Of a stretch of DNA of 64,000 nucleotides, positions 12,886-29,099 are shown piece by piece. This DNA is from Paraspadella gotoi (lineage: Eukaryota; Animalia; Chaetognatha). Numbering within the stretch: the stretch's first letter is position 1; every line of letters starts with the position of its first letter. A model generated the notes under the pieces. It was not told where the DNA came from, made no database searches, and saw only the letters and a program-made list of their open reading frames with translations. The translations under genes and the position numbers were made by a program. The stretch is from positions 11,349,654-11,413,653 of the forward strand of contig CM119266.1 in NCBI GenBank assembly GCA_051294375.1, read 5' to 3'.

Positions 12886-15330
12886 CTTCATCGGCTGAAT
12901 CGTAACTGTCTCGCATTTTCCTTCCTCTCTTGATAAAACTGCAAAGTAAGCTCCTTGGATTACGTATCTCTCTCATCTCCTCTCTCTCTTCTCTCTCCTC
13001 TCTCTTCTCTCTATCAAAATGATTGGCGACTCGATTTATTGGAGATTTCTTTTTATTTTTGTTCGTTTCCGACTGTTTCACCTAAACAGATCACATCTCG
13101 TTCTCCTCATTCCCCCCTCGCCCCAACCTTCTCCCCTCCCCCGTCGTTCTTGCTCGATAGTGATGGCTGTGGATATTTTCCGTCATCCTACCCTCTAAAG
13201 GCTCTTATAGTGTAGTCGTTCTGGCTCTGATAAGCGAGGCCCTCGTGATATTTTCCGTCATCCACGCCTACTTAAGCGTCTTACTAGTGGTAGTCGTTCT
13301 GGCAACGTGCAGAGAACCGCGTGAGTGGCGGTCACGCGTCCAACCTTCGGTCGGGCTACGTACGATAGTGAGGCCCTGTGATATTTTCCGTGCACCACCC
13401 TACTAAGCTGCCTATGTTAGTCTTCTGGCTCGATTAGCGACAGGGCCCTGTGCGCTATTCTCTCCAAGCTGCTCACTTCCTCATATAATCTATACCCTCC
13501 GTAATTTCTGTCACCACATGACCTCACGCCTAAGTCCGTCTTTCTGGTGACCCTAATCCAATCAGCCACTAGCAGCAGAGCCAGGCTGAACTGCCACTCT
13601 TACCCCCAACGTCCTCACGACAATCGCTACTACAGCGCTTCCCGCCCTGGCCCATACGCGCTGCCAATATAGCACAATAGATGATCGTCACCGCTTGCTA
13701 CGCCCATCGAACTAAAGCCGAACAGCACTAGCGACCGGCTCGCACTCGTCCGATATCACCCGTTTTCCTGCATCATCCCTACTAAGCTCTTATAGTGTAG
13801 TCGTTCTGGTCGGAGATAGCGAGGCCCTGTGATATTGTTCCCGTCATCGACCCTACTAAGCTCTTTATAGTGTAGTCGTTCTTGGCTGATAGCGAGGCCC
13901 ATGTGATATGTTCTCTGTCCATCACCCTGACTAAGCTCCATATAGTGTAAGCTCTTCTAGCTTCGATAGCGAGGCCCTGTGATATTTTTGTTATCGCACC
14001 CTTCTAAAGCTCTGGATGTTGTCAGTCGTCTGTCTGGCTCGATAGCGAAGGCCCTGTGAATTTTCTGTCATCCACCTACTAAGCTCTTATGTGTAGTCAT
14101 TCTAGGCTTGATAGCGAGGCCCTGTCTGATATTTTCCGTCACCCACCCTACTAAGGCTTTTTATCAGTGCCCCAAACCCACCACCCCCTTCACCTCGACT
14201 ACCGATACACATTTGTACCTTTCGTAGCTTCAATTTCTCGAGGCAAAACTCCAGTCGATGTCGAAAAAAACGTATTCTGCTTTCCATCTTTTTTTCGCTT
14301 CCTCTCTCCTTTCTTTCAACGAGAGGTACGAGCGAAAGGAGATCCTTGACTGATCTGTTTTTTACTTGGAATTCGTGTTTCCACCTCTCCTATCTTTTAT
14401 CTTCCTCCTCTCCTTCCCGGCTCCTCCTCTTCCCCCTTCCTCTTCTCTCGGCGGCAGCCGCGAGAGGCTCGTCCTGACAAGCCTACCGAGCGGCGAATCG
14501 CCTAATGCAGCCCTTGGCCGTCGGCATTCAGAGTAACTGGGTGCATCGCAGAATTTGCCGTTTGCAAGGATTGAGGCCTGCTCGAAGCGCAGATGTCAAC
14601 TAGTGAGTAGGACGCTCGTTAATAAGCCACTGCGCATAGTAAATTTGAGAAAAAAGGGATCAAAACTAATTACGGCCCAGGATGTGCTAAACGTGAGTTG
14701 GAGTCGAAAAACATCTAGTCTAAAGATTAAAAAAATAATTAGATACAACATGATTGCGAATACAAGATTTTCAGATCGGACTGCCGACTACAGTCGCGAT
14801 TCCAGGTGCCCGTATCCAGCGCAGAGCTTTAAGGTTTCTTCCTGACTACATCAGCCGAATTAGCATTGTTGACACGATCCTTTTGGCCCACAGCGCCGTC
14901 TGGGCGTCCTCTAGGCTGCGGGTCATTTAGAGCAGCGCATGACGGAGCCGTGAAAAGATGCGTGGAGGATGGAGACGGCCCTAATTAGAGCAAGACGAGA
15001 GAGAGAGAGAGGAGAGAGATACTAGGAGAGAGAGCAGAGAGACGGGAGAGACGTACGGAGAGAGGAGACGCAACTGAGAGGAAGAGAGGAGAAGAGAGCA
15101 AATTGACGAAAATGAGAGAAAGCACCCGGATTTAATAAGAAATTGAAATGGAAGACAGGATTGAACAAGTTGAAAATGTGAAGAATAAGGCAGGAGAGAG
15201 GAGAGAGAGGACGATTAGAGAGAAGAGGAGAGAGAGGGAGAGAAAGGTAGTTGCCTTGAGGTAGGTTTGAGCCGTATTTAGCGCGAAATCGTTGAAGAAG
15301 AAAAAAAAGGTGGGATACTGATAAAAAGCC
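10896..15330. repeat. Duplicated block, copy B (noisy)
   Basis: Colinear with 5533-9340 plus 10700-10870; dense single-base insertions. Confidence 0.9.
13142..14168. repeat. Second (noisy) copy of the 70-bp minisatellite array
   Basis: Same unit, degraded, with an unalignable stretch at about 13450-13755. Confidence 0.88.
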
Positions 15331-15417
15331 GAAACAACAAAGCACCTGCGGAGGACAAAAATGAGGGGCAATCTCCGAGTGCTAAGTTTATGGGTCTGCT
15401 GCATTTTCGTCTTTCCC

Positions 15418-15493
15418 TTTTTTCTTTCTTTCTTTCTTTCTTTCTTTCTTTTCTTTACTTCTTTCGTTCTTTCTTTCTTTCTTTCTTTCTTGG

Positions 15494-15532
<39 letters not shown>

Positions 15533-15538
15533 TCCTTC
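15418..15538. repeat. (TTTC)n microsatellite
   Basis: Direct reading. Confidence 0.95.
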
Positions 15539-16489
15539 ACTCGGTCTTTCACCTTCTCCCAACTCCCGCCATTTGTTTCTATTGTTTTTCTTCGTTTTCC
15601 CCGTCGCCGCCGCCAAGAAAAACGCTTCGCCGGTTTTGCCTTTTGTCGTTCGTCGTTCGTCACGTGACCCAAGGAGACGTTGACAACGCGCGCGACGTCG
15701 ACAACGACAACAACAACAACACAAGAAACTTATGTCATCATTTTTCTACCTTTGGCAGCGAACGTAATTACCAAACACAGAACTGCATCTCAGGCTGTCG
15801 TAAAAATCACCAGGTAATGAAATAATCACAATTTCCCTCGCGCCTCTTTTTTCAAGACAATCATTTTCAGCCGTAGCAGCCGCGGCGGTACGGGGCTGCG
15901 GCAGCGACCGTGACCGAGGTTGGCCTTCGACGCGTCGAGAATCGTGGGACTAAAGTCAATGCAAAAAAAAAAGTTTGGGGAAGGGGGGGGCGGAAATTAT
16001 ACTTTAGTCCTCCGGCCGCGCGCCAGGGGAGTCTAGCGGGGAAAACGAAAAGATTTTCTAAGGAGATTAACTCAAGAATAGAAAGAGCCTCGTTTGCATT
16101 CTTGAGAATGAAAAAGAGATTTTTTTTTTCTTCCTGCATTCTTAGTAAGTATAGGGAAGGCGGTTTTGGTATTCTTGAGAACCAAGGAATGTTGAGAAAG
16201 CCATTAGTACTTGATAGTTTACATATTAACCTGAATAAAATTATTTTAGTATTTTACAACTAAATACTAACGACTAAAATTTAAAGAAGAAAAAAAAAAC
16301 TATATTTCCGTTCTCCTTTTCCCAGAAGTCGTTTCCCGTTCACCGCAAGAAAAAAAAAAATCAAAAATGGAAAAAAAGGAAAGAAATTGCCATAGCAACG
16401 CGTTTGCCTTTCCAACCGCCGACTTTCTGATTTATCATTGCGTCGACATAAAGAAACGAAGTGAAGGACAACAACAACCGGGGAAACAA

Positions 16490-16523
<34 letters not shown>

Positions 16524-16734
16524 AACGACGATACAAAAAGAAAATGCACGAAAAAAAAAATAAATAAAAAACCACAGGGAAAAAAAATCGCGCCATTTTT
16601 ACGACGTCGTTATCGTCTACGCATAACGTCAAGGGCATAACCCATTATTCCTCCCATCTCTGCGTCTCGCGTCTCCAAACCCTATTGCACTCTGTCTCTG
16701 TCTTGCACTCGCTCTCTCCCCTCCCTTACCCTCA

Positions 16735-16900
16735 CTCCATCGTCCTGCGGCGATTTCGGAGCGGACGATGGGTCCGTTTTCGTTCGGACGTTCTCATCAA
16801 TGTCAGTGACGGCCACGCCCATCGAAGCTGGACGTCTCGTTGGGTTAGGGCGTTGAGTCGTGGACAGGATGGTTTCGAGTTCGCGACGAGTCAAGACCAG
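16735..16900 (-). CDS. Candidate coding exon of an unidentified minus-strand gene
   Basis: Open frame TRRELETILSTTQRPNPTRRPASMGVAVTDIDENVRTKTDPSSAPKSPQDDG ending at a GGA|GTGAGG donor. The acceptor is uncertain. Confidence 0.3.
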
Positions 16901-17784
16901 ATATTTTGAGAAAAATAAAAACTGTACCTTCGTAGTGTTTTTCGGTGTCGCGCTGCAATAAACCAGTTGATAAAAATATAATTCAAAGAAAATACGTATG
17001 CTAGTTCCACATCTTTCGAAATAAGTTCGAACTGTAAACTTTAATTCAGCGGCGTAACAAACGATTTCCTCTGCAAAGTTTGCGCTCGAAAGAACTTACA
17101 TGTCGTTAGATTATGAAGGGGGAGGAAAGCAATCAAGGGCAGCGTCACATAAAAGGAGAAAGTATGGAATAATATAATAAAAGAAACTACTAAAAATAAG
17201 AAAAAAAGATATAATGAAGTGGAAAGCAAAAAAATAAAAAATAAAAATAAACAGGAAGGAATAACAATGACGCAGATGATAACGACAACCATTCTGCAGG
17301 ACAAACGGCCTGGTTACATCGGGCGAGAGACGAGACGGGATACAAAGAGGAGGAGAAAAAAGTGGAAATGATCACTTTTATGACGGGGAGNNNNNNNNNN
17401 NNNNNNNNNNNNNNNTGGAAGTTAATTGCGCCTCGGTGTTTTGCGGGGGGTAGAAAGGGACGAAGACAAGACGCAGAGGAGAAGAGGAGAGGAGAGAGAC
17501 GAGATAGAAGAGAGAAGAGCTCAGGAGAGAGAGAGAGAGAGAGACGGAGAGAAGAGAGAGAGAGACGAGAGGAAATGACGAGACATTGGGAAGAAACGAT
17601 TTTTTCTTGTCCTTTTTTTTTTTGGCCAGAGAGCTTACCATTTCCTGGCAAGAGGAAAATTAAGGTGACAGACCCAGACGTCTAAACTTTCTCTCTCTCT
17701 CTCTCTCATACTCTTCTGCGCTCTCTACTCTCTCCTCTCTCTCTTTCTCTCTTCTCTCTCGTCCCGTCTCTCTCTCTCTTCAGT

Positions 17785-20032
<2,248 letters not shown>

Positions 20033-20171
20033 AAAGGAGAGAAAGAGAAAGGAAACGAGAGAGGACGGAGAGAGAGAGAGGACGAGTAGAGAGGTGAAGG
20101 GAGAGAGAGAGAAGAGAGAGAGAGACGATGAGAGAGAGAGAGAGAGAGAGGAATGAGAGAGAGAGGAGAGT

Positions 20172-20234
<63 letters not shown>

Positions 20235-23200
20235 GAGAAAAGAGGAGAGAGAGAGAGAGGAGAGAGGAGAGAGAGAGAGACGAAAAGAGAGAGAGAGAGA
20301 GAGAGAAGAGAGGATGAGAGAAGAAAAGAGAAGAAAGAGAGAGATAGAGAGAGATTGAAACGTTTTGAGCCGCGTAATATCTTGAAACGTTTAAGCATCA
20401 AGGGCAGAGGCGGGAGAGAGAGAGATCTCAGAGAGAGAGAGAGCCAGAAAGAGAGGGAGATGGAGCAACGCGCTTTTGAATGACAAAAGACCTTAAACTT
20501 CTTCTGCCAGTGATGAGGCCATCAGCAACCGGATGCATTCAACTCGATGCAAACCGGATCCACCTCACCCCATTGACGACCTTACCTTGTTAAGAATATT
20601 ACGCCAGACCTCACATTTCATAAACAGTGTTTTAACAAAAACAGTTCTCTTTTTAAGTTCAATAAATTTTGTAAACGAACTTATTTGTTTCATTCTTAAG
20701 TTTTGAAAACTAGAGAAAAAAATATTTTTAGTTAGGTGTGGTACTTGGAGTATTCGAAACAATGAGACGATAAAATTACAATTTATACTTTCTTTAAATA
20801 TTTAGCCGATACCTCGACGTGGCTCTCCTCCAAACTCATTAACTCTCCATTGTATTCGCTTAAATTCCTTCGATCTCCAGACCTTCCGAGTTTCCTTCCT
20901 TTTCCCTTCAATCGAATTCCCTCTGTCCATCGCAGAGTCCATCCATCCATCCCTATAACTTTTCTTCCTTCATAAACTCATCCGCTCTTCACTTCCCCCT
21001 CATTCCCCTCCCCCCATTTTCTTCGCGGTCGAATCCCAAAAGTAGGCCATCCTGAAGGGAATCGATGGATCGGAAATCGTTGTCGTCGTCGTCGTCGTCG
21101 TCGTCGTCGTCTCTTCCGTCTTCGCGGTTGTTGTTGCCATGGAAACCCCCGGGAAGGCGTTTCCTTTCATCCAACCCTTTTGAGGCGAGCGTCGACCAGA
21201 GTCGATTGTTCGGAAAAGCCGACGTNNNNNNNNNNNNNNNNNNNNNNNNNACGTGCAGCGTGTCACAGTCCAGTTTGAGCGGAGAGAGTAGAGCGATAGT
21301 ACAATTTTCAATGCATTCATTTTTGAAATTCGCATTCAATTGTTTACAACTTGTATCATTTTTTTAACTTGCCGAATGAGAGCTTTTTCTGTAACTTGGC
21401 AGAATTCCGACATTGGTGTTGCTACAGACTTGATTTAAAAGAAAGGATTTTAAAGGAAGAAGTAATGAATGTGTAGGTTCAGTTGAGATTGGTTACAGAT
21501 TTTGACTGCGCATGTGGAGGAGATGTTGCAGCGAGCTCAGATTCACTCGCTATGCCTCGACTCGGGTCACAGCTCTCACAGTGCTCGCCGAGTACTGTGT
21601 TCCTTAACGCTCGTAAGAGAGAGACGTTAGATTTGCTGAGGCCAGTGACGCCCTCAGAGATGATGGTACTACTCTTCGCTGAGAGGGATGTGCAGGGCAA
21701 CGACTGAGAGGTAGCGTATCACGATTCACTGTCAAGTAAAGGGCGCGGCGACCCGGAGGATGCGGAGAGAGAGAAGAACGTCATTTTAACCTTGTCCTGG
21801 TGTTTTTTTGTTTTAAACAATATACAGAGCCTATAACAAGCCTATTTGATCCTATAGAAAGTGTGAAAAAAGGAAATAGCCAACGGCTGCGCATACGTGT
21901 TTTTTCTCTTCTTCGGTGCCACTCCTAAAGAGCGTAAAGAAGATATATTTGCCAGATCTTACACTAGCATCAAACCGCACCGATATTTTACCTCATGAAG
22001 TAGGTCTTTTTCTTAAGATATATAATAAAACTATAATAAGTATGTTATTTCGACTTTGCATTTAAAGCATATGTGCTTCAAGCAAAAATTGATTTGTTTT
22101 TATATCATGCATTTATACGAATTTGATGATTCCTTTTTCTATAACCATTTCTGGTTTACTTCTCTTCATTCCGTATTTTTTTTCTACTTCAACGCCCATT
22201 AAATATACGTTATAGTGTGGACTCAATTTTTACACTTCATGTTAGATCAGCTCATGAAGTCCACAAAATAAAAGAGCGATAACTAAGTAATAATATTAAT
22301 TGGACGTATGTTTTGCCAGTTACCAAGATAAAATGAGTAATTTATAATCCCAGAAATGAAAAATATAATGACCGTGTGAACCATATGGCATATGCGTTCA
22401 TTATTTACAAATAAGTCAATTTGAAAGAGCGAGTGGAACCATGAGAGTAGATGAAAAAATCGATGTGAAGTTTGAGGAATTTGTGAAAAGGAGGATCATG
22501 AGATGGAGCTGTTGAGAAACAACATAATATTCGAGACTTCTTGATAAGGAGCCAGGTACTTCTGGAGAGGGAAGGAGAGAGATATGATGTAAAAGAAACC
22601 GACATTGGAGTATGAAGAGGATGAGGAGTCTTCGGTTCATAATGAAGCTTGTCTCAAGAGTTTACCTCCACCTACTTTGCTCCGTCAGTTACTGTATTTG
22701 TCCATGTCACACGAGTCGAGCATTCGCAGCGCGACGGAGCCTTTCCTCTTGAGCGGACCGGTAGTAAAAGTCCTCGCTGCCTCATAGAAAATGTATCTGG
22801 GCCAGTCATTAGCGGCCGGCGAAGGAAGAGCGTTCTAATTCTTCCATTTTCTCTTTCTCATTGCATCATCTGCTCCGTATTTCGTATCTCTCTTTTATAC
22901 TTGCAGGCTTGTATCCTTTCTCTTCAACGATATTACATTCTTTCGTGTTTTTTAAAAATATTTTCTTCATTATAAAAGAAAAATTATATTAATTGAATAT
23001 TTCTTCATTATGAGATACGAAAAACCTTTAATCAACAAAACGTGTACAAATAAGTGTCGAATATTGAATATAAAAAAAAATTTATTAATTTATTAAATTA
23101 ATATTTTTTTGCATAAATTTTTTACTTTTTCGACGATCAGCAATTCGGGGTATAACGAATTAAAAAACTTCGTAAGCCGAAAATCATTTATTTATTTAGC

Positions 23201-25995
23201 CGATTTTAAAACGTACGAGGTTTTTCGGAGATGGCCTATGGAAAAAAAATGCCGGAAGAGAGGAGCGGTTGGCGTAGGATGACACCAAGATGACGCCCCC
23301 CTCTAGATCTTGGATTCTCGCGTTCTCTCGATCTCTCCCGTCTCTTCGCTCTCTATTGATCTTTACCCTCTCTTCCTCTCTCCCTTCTTCTCGCATTATT
23401 ATGATCGCCTGAAAAAAAAATTAAACCACAATTTACTAAAGTAGTTTTAATAAAAAAAATGTTATTTCGCAGCATCCAACAAAATTGATGCATACATGCA
23501 TACGAAGAGATACTTCTTAAATCTGGTTCTCCATCGTATTTTACCCACGCCAAAATATAACATTTTTCTCTTCGCGTGACAGCCTCATAGCCACAAAAAG
23601 CGATAAAGAATAATCATGGCGACAGAAAAATAGATTTATCCTGAAAGAAAAAANNNNNNNNNNNNNNNNNNNNNNNNNNNNNNNNNNNNNNNNNNNNNNN
23701 NNNNNNNNNNNNNNNNNNNNNNNNNNNNNNNNNNNNNNNNNNNNNNNNNNNNNNNNNNNNNNNNNNNNNNNNNNNNNNNNNNNNNNNNNNNNNNNNNNNN
23801 NNNNNNNNNNNNNNNNNNNNNNNNNNNNNNNNNNNNNNNNNNAAAAAATGCCGGTTGAGGTCTCCACGGGTCATCGCGACGCGCATCGCTTTCGAAATTG
23901 CGCCGTTGACTTTTGCACCGCGCCCCCTCTCTCCTTTTTTTTTCTATTTTTACGCGTCGGGGACAGAGGGCGGTTTTATCGAGCGACTAATCCAGAGGCT
24001 CCGTTCGCTTTCGGTCGCAAAAGTGGGCGCGGCTAAACGGAAACGCGCGGCGCCATCTCGTTCCTTCTCGCCCGCGCGACCCAAAACTTCCTTTGTTATT
24101 CCGGGTTTTTTTTTTCTGGTTGGGGCGAATAATTCATTCGGCGAAACTCTCGCCTCATAACTTCCTAGGAGCCGTGGGGGTTAAGGGGACTGGGGGTGAG
24201 TTGGGAAAGGTTTAGGGATACAAAAACACACAACCATCCCAGACCCCAGTCCCCAGTCCACCCCTTCCCTAACCATCCCCCTCACCCCCTCTCCTTTCGA
24301 TCTAAGAAACTGGCCGGGGGACCTTTCTTCCGGATCGCGAAGGGGTCAAACTCCTCTGTTCGTCCGCTCGGACTTATGCGTTCATCACGTTCGAGTCTCG
24401 AATTTTCCGTTCGTGTTCTCTTTCAACACTTCGTTCTCGATTTACTGTTGGCCACTGAACGCATTCCTCTCTTATCCGCTCGAAAGCCGATTGGGTCGAA
24501 ACGCCGTTATTTCGGTATTTCCAGACATGAATGCGAAGCTTTTCATAAGAGTCAAGGAGCTATAATAATATATCATTCCCGCCGAAATGTCAGCTCTTAC
24601 AATACAAATATCACAACCGTTCCTTATCACTTCTTTCTTTGTTATCCAAGAGTCGCTCTATTTCCTCACTTCTTGAGCTCCTCTTCTAAAAGTGGCTCAT
24701 TTTCTCATCGAGTCCTGCTTATTATTTTAACTATTATTTCTTTCTTATTATAAATATACTTATTAAAACTTACCTCGTCTCTAATCCAGGACTTATTCTT
24801 CACTCTCATCAACTGCGAACCACCTTTCTCTATTTTTTCCAAAAATCCACTACCCGAAGATTCTTTTCACGTCCCACCTAAATGCATTCTTCCAATTCCA
24901 TAAAACCTTCTTTCTAACCCTTCCAGCCCCTTCGATCTTCCCTAACGGAGTCGGACAATAAAGACGACAACGACAAGACGACGGACAATGACGACAAAAA
25001 TGACAACGACAACGAAAACGGCGGCCGACGAAGACGCGGTTCTTTTACGAGTCCGTTATGAATGAATAGTTCGGCCTCCTCTCCGTCTCGTTAGGTGGTC
25101 AAGAATGGAACGAAGTGTGGCCATATAAAAGCGAAAGCGTTGGTGGAAATAGGAGAAGGGGGCGGGAGAGAGGAAGTCGGAGATTATAGAGGGTAACACC
25201 AAAAGAGGTCTCGGCCTCCGCGGCCCCGATCCTCGGGCGAAAGGGAAAACGAGGAAAAGGGTAAACTGCGTGGCAAAGGGATCGACGGCGAAACCCAATA
25301 CGGCGCCTTGGCGGAAGCGATGCGGCGGCGCTTAGAGAGTCGGGAGCGCGCCGCTGCGGTGTCAGTGAAGCAAGCGCTGCCGGCGACTGTAACAGACGGC
25401 TCTGTGATGCCGACCCTAACATCTGTCTCCAGAATTGGACTCAGAGTGTTAGCGGTCTGAGAGCTCGACTAACCCACCATACCCACAACCTTTCCCCCCT
25501 TATTTTTCCTCCCCTTTTTATCTCCCTTTTTTATCTTCCTCTTTTCTATATTTTAATTTTATTTTTTTAAAGAGAATAAAACGAGAATCGCGATTTTCGT
25601 TCGAGAAGAATTCGGCATTAGCGCGAAAGCCTGGCGTTCAGCCGACCGGAAAGATATTTTTTTTTTGAATGCAGACGAGATGGAGAAGAGAGAAGAGAGA
25701 GAGAAGAGTAAGAGAGAAGAGAGAGAGACGAGAGATGACGAAGGAGAGAAGCAGAGAGAGATATGAGAGATGAAAGAGACGAGAGAGAGAGAGAGCGGGA
25801 GGCGTTTTCAATACTTTCGGAAATAAATATCGGAGAAAGAGTCGAGTGAGGATTATGGGTTCGAAGAAAAAGATGGCGACTTTTTTGACTAACAAGGAGA
25901 AACTTTTCCCGAGGACACTGCTGACAGACAACGAAATTATATCGGGGAAAACTGTCATAGGAATATTTCATAATGCATTTTTCTTGTATTAAAAC

Positions 25996-26138
25996 TTTAG
26001 AAAAAGTTTGAAAATTTATTTTCATCAACGATTTGTTTATAAATATTACGGACATGTTTCGACTCTTTTTGTCGCAAACATGTCCAGTATATTTAATAAA
26101 ACAAATTTGATGAAAACAAATCTTCAAACTTTTCTAAA
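25996..26138. repeat. ~140-bp near-perfect palindrome (fold-back)
   Basis: tttagaaaaagtttgaaa...acggacatgtttcgac [tctttt] gtcg(c)aaacatgtcc...ttcaaacttttctaaa. Confidence 0.88.
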
Positions 26139-27746
26139 ATCGCTAAACTAACAAAAGAAGAAAGTAATAATACAAGGTATTTAAATAACTAAAAACGCTG
26201 TCTCTGCTCATGATAATCGTCGCCAAACGATTAATGCGCTCGTTCCATCGTTATTTTTCGAACAATAATCGCGCATTAAACCGACCGCCAGTTTGTTAAG
26301 GGGAGCGAGATTTAGAATTGAAGGCTTGGGAGATGATTCGGCGTACATCTATTTGTTATCGATCGGCTTTTTGTCAACAAATGAATAAATATTACCGACC
26401 TTTGTACCAAAGATTCATCAGTGATGCATTGACCAAAGCTTTCGTCATTGAATAGCCGACGAAGGTCGGACAAAAGGGAAAGAATTTGTCGACAAAAGTA
26501 GGAGCAGACCACCGCACATGAATTGGCCGACAAAGGTAGCCGACAAAGAAAATAATTAGCCGACAAAGAATGAGCCGACAAAGAAAAGAAATGTGGCTGA
26601 CAAAGAAAGAGCAGTCCGAAAGAAAAAAGCCGAACATTGGATGTTTTTCGCGACGAAAAAATAAAAATGACCGACGTACTTGAACCCCACTGCAAAAAAC
26701 GCGACGACGCGAAAAAATATAAGAGAGAGCGCCCGTTCGGTGACAAAAGGGTCACCGCGAAGACGCCGCGGTCCCGTGGCCGACAAAAAACATCGGCGAC
26801 AAAAGACGGAGGAGAACCGGCGCGGCGCTCTTCTGGCCGTTGTTTGTGGGGGGGGGCGATCGGATGCGAATAAAAAAGAACGCCAACCGAAAGGACGCCG
26901 GAGGACCGCCGACCGAAGTCGGAGAGCCTTTTTGTTACGCCGCGACGGCTATTTGCCGCGCGTCGTTCTTATAAGCGGTGTTGTCGTCGTTGTTGTCCGG
27001 TTGTTTCGTTCTTTTTGTCGTTAATCAGTAACCGAGTAAAGATGTCGCTTTCACTATTTTCCTTCGCAGATTTTGTTGTCATTGGGCGTCGTATCCGCCA
27101 TCTTGTTTATTTGTATTTTATTTTCCTCGTCTTCTTTTGTTGTCGTAGTTGTCGTTTGTTCATCTTCTTCGCTTGTCAAGGGCTCAGCCTCGATGAATAG
27201 ACGGAGGAAGGATGAAGACTGCAAAAGATGACAGATGATGAGAGAAATATTTTTCTCTTTTTTTTTCACGAGTGACTCACAACGAGGGCGGGTCTTCAGT
27301 TTTTTGGGCATGATCGGTATTTAGACGGACGATTGCTGACGAAAAAACGCTGAACTTAAAGTAGACAAAGGAAAAAACGATTAAATTCTCTATTTATCGT
27401 TGTGTTTCTTCTTTTTTTTTTTCTTCTTTTCTGCTTTCGAACCTTTTTTCCTCGCTTCAGTGTCGCCATCCCATTTCAATTCGCAGTTCGATTCAAGCCA
27501 AGGACGAATGTCTCTCTCTCTCCTCCCTCTCTCTCTCTCTCCTCCTCCTCCTCTCTCTCCTCCTCCCTTCCCTCTCTCTCTCTCTGCATCATATCGCGAA
27601 TTTTAACGAGTTAAAATCGTGTTAAGAACCTGATGTAGGCGGGAACGACGACGACGCACGACGACGACGATACGAATACGATGTCGACGAAGTCATTATG
27701 ATAATGATTGATGATTATTATTAATTGAACACGAGAGAGAGAGAGA

Positions 27747-27815
<69 letters not shown>

Positions 27816-29099
27816 CGAGCGTCGAATGGCGTCGTTTGTATTATTTACTCGCTGCTGCTGTTTAACAAGAGTAGAAGAAAAACTTTATAACGAAATATAG
27901 AACCCAATTTCATAAACAATGTTCATTATAATCATCATTAATATCTTTTATTACAAATATCTCTGAATATTTTTTTTTAAAAATGACCCTATAATTTTGT
28001 TATTGATTACACAAACCCGCCAACCCACAGAATGGGAGAATCTTTTTCTGACCCATCCAACATTGTGGAGAAGCTGTTTAGCTTCCTCATAAGCAAACGG
28101 CAGAATATCGTCTGAGCCTACTCGGGCCGAACTCTTTCAACTCTCTCCAGCTCAAGGCCTGACGCCGACCGTGTTTTTCCAAAACAATCAGTAAAAAGGA
28201 CAGTTTTATGGCCAAATAAACGCGTGACGTTCAGATCGAGAATGATTTTAAAATAAATTCCCTAAGTCATAACACGTTTCGAGTAGTACTTCAAACTCTT
28301 CGTGAACAGTAATTTTATTGTTTACAACGAAATTCAGGTTTATTCTTCTTCATCTGATTAATTTTCAGTTAGCGGATTAAGGCTTAGGTGCTAAATTATA
28401 TAAGGTTAAAGGTCGGGTTTTAGGATGAACAATTATTAAAGTAGGATTTAGGTAAGGGGTAAGAATAGAAATTGGGTGCTTCGGAAAATAATGCCTCGGT
28501 AGGTGCGATTGTCGGGGGAATTGCGCGACTGGAGTTTGACAGATTTTTTTTTTTCAGTCTGTGTTCTATGTCGTGTCCACAGTCCGCGCGATAATTGACC
28601 CCCCCTACCCGAAGCCCCCCTCCCAAACATTGACGCCCCCTACCGAGCCCCCCCCAAATCTCCTTCCGATGACGTTTTTAATCAAAGAAAAAAGGTTCTC
28701 CGTCCTGCCGCCTCATTCACGCGCCGCTGCCATCTCCCGGAATGATAAAAAATCTATAGAAGAAAAAAACAAATGAAACAGAGGCTGGATGGCTTTTTTT
28801 TACTATTTGCGTCATCGGAACCATATTAACTTTTCTTAATTAAGTACGACGGCTTCTCGCTCGCCTTCATCCGCTGCCAGGACAATTATGAAAAGAAAAA
28901 GTCGAAGAAACTCGATTAGTTACTGCTTTTTCTTCTGCTTTAAAGGCTATCTGACATTATGACTTTTTAAAAAAAATTCTTATTACAATCATTCAATAAC
29001 ATATATTTTCAAAAAATATCATTTTTTCACTGAAATATTAAACAGAAAAAATGCTTCTCGTTCAAACTTCAAAATTTCAGATTAAATTTCCCATCACAT

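Noticed and set aside
13450-13755. Novel insert within the second 70-bp array
   Set aside because: No ORF, termini or counterpart in copy A; looks like a low-quality read segment.
20505-20565. Hammerhead at gtgatgaggcc...gcaaaccgg
   Set aside because: Core is not CUGANGA, there is no clean stem II or GAAA, and the region is noisy.
21470-22830. Coding-looking purine-rich stretches
   Set aside because: Short broken frames with no recognisable motif or consistent splice sites.
24196-24753. 185-aa ORF
   Set aside because: Frame is not preserved in the duplicate at 41034 onward, and there is no recognisable domain.
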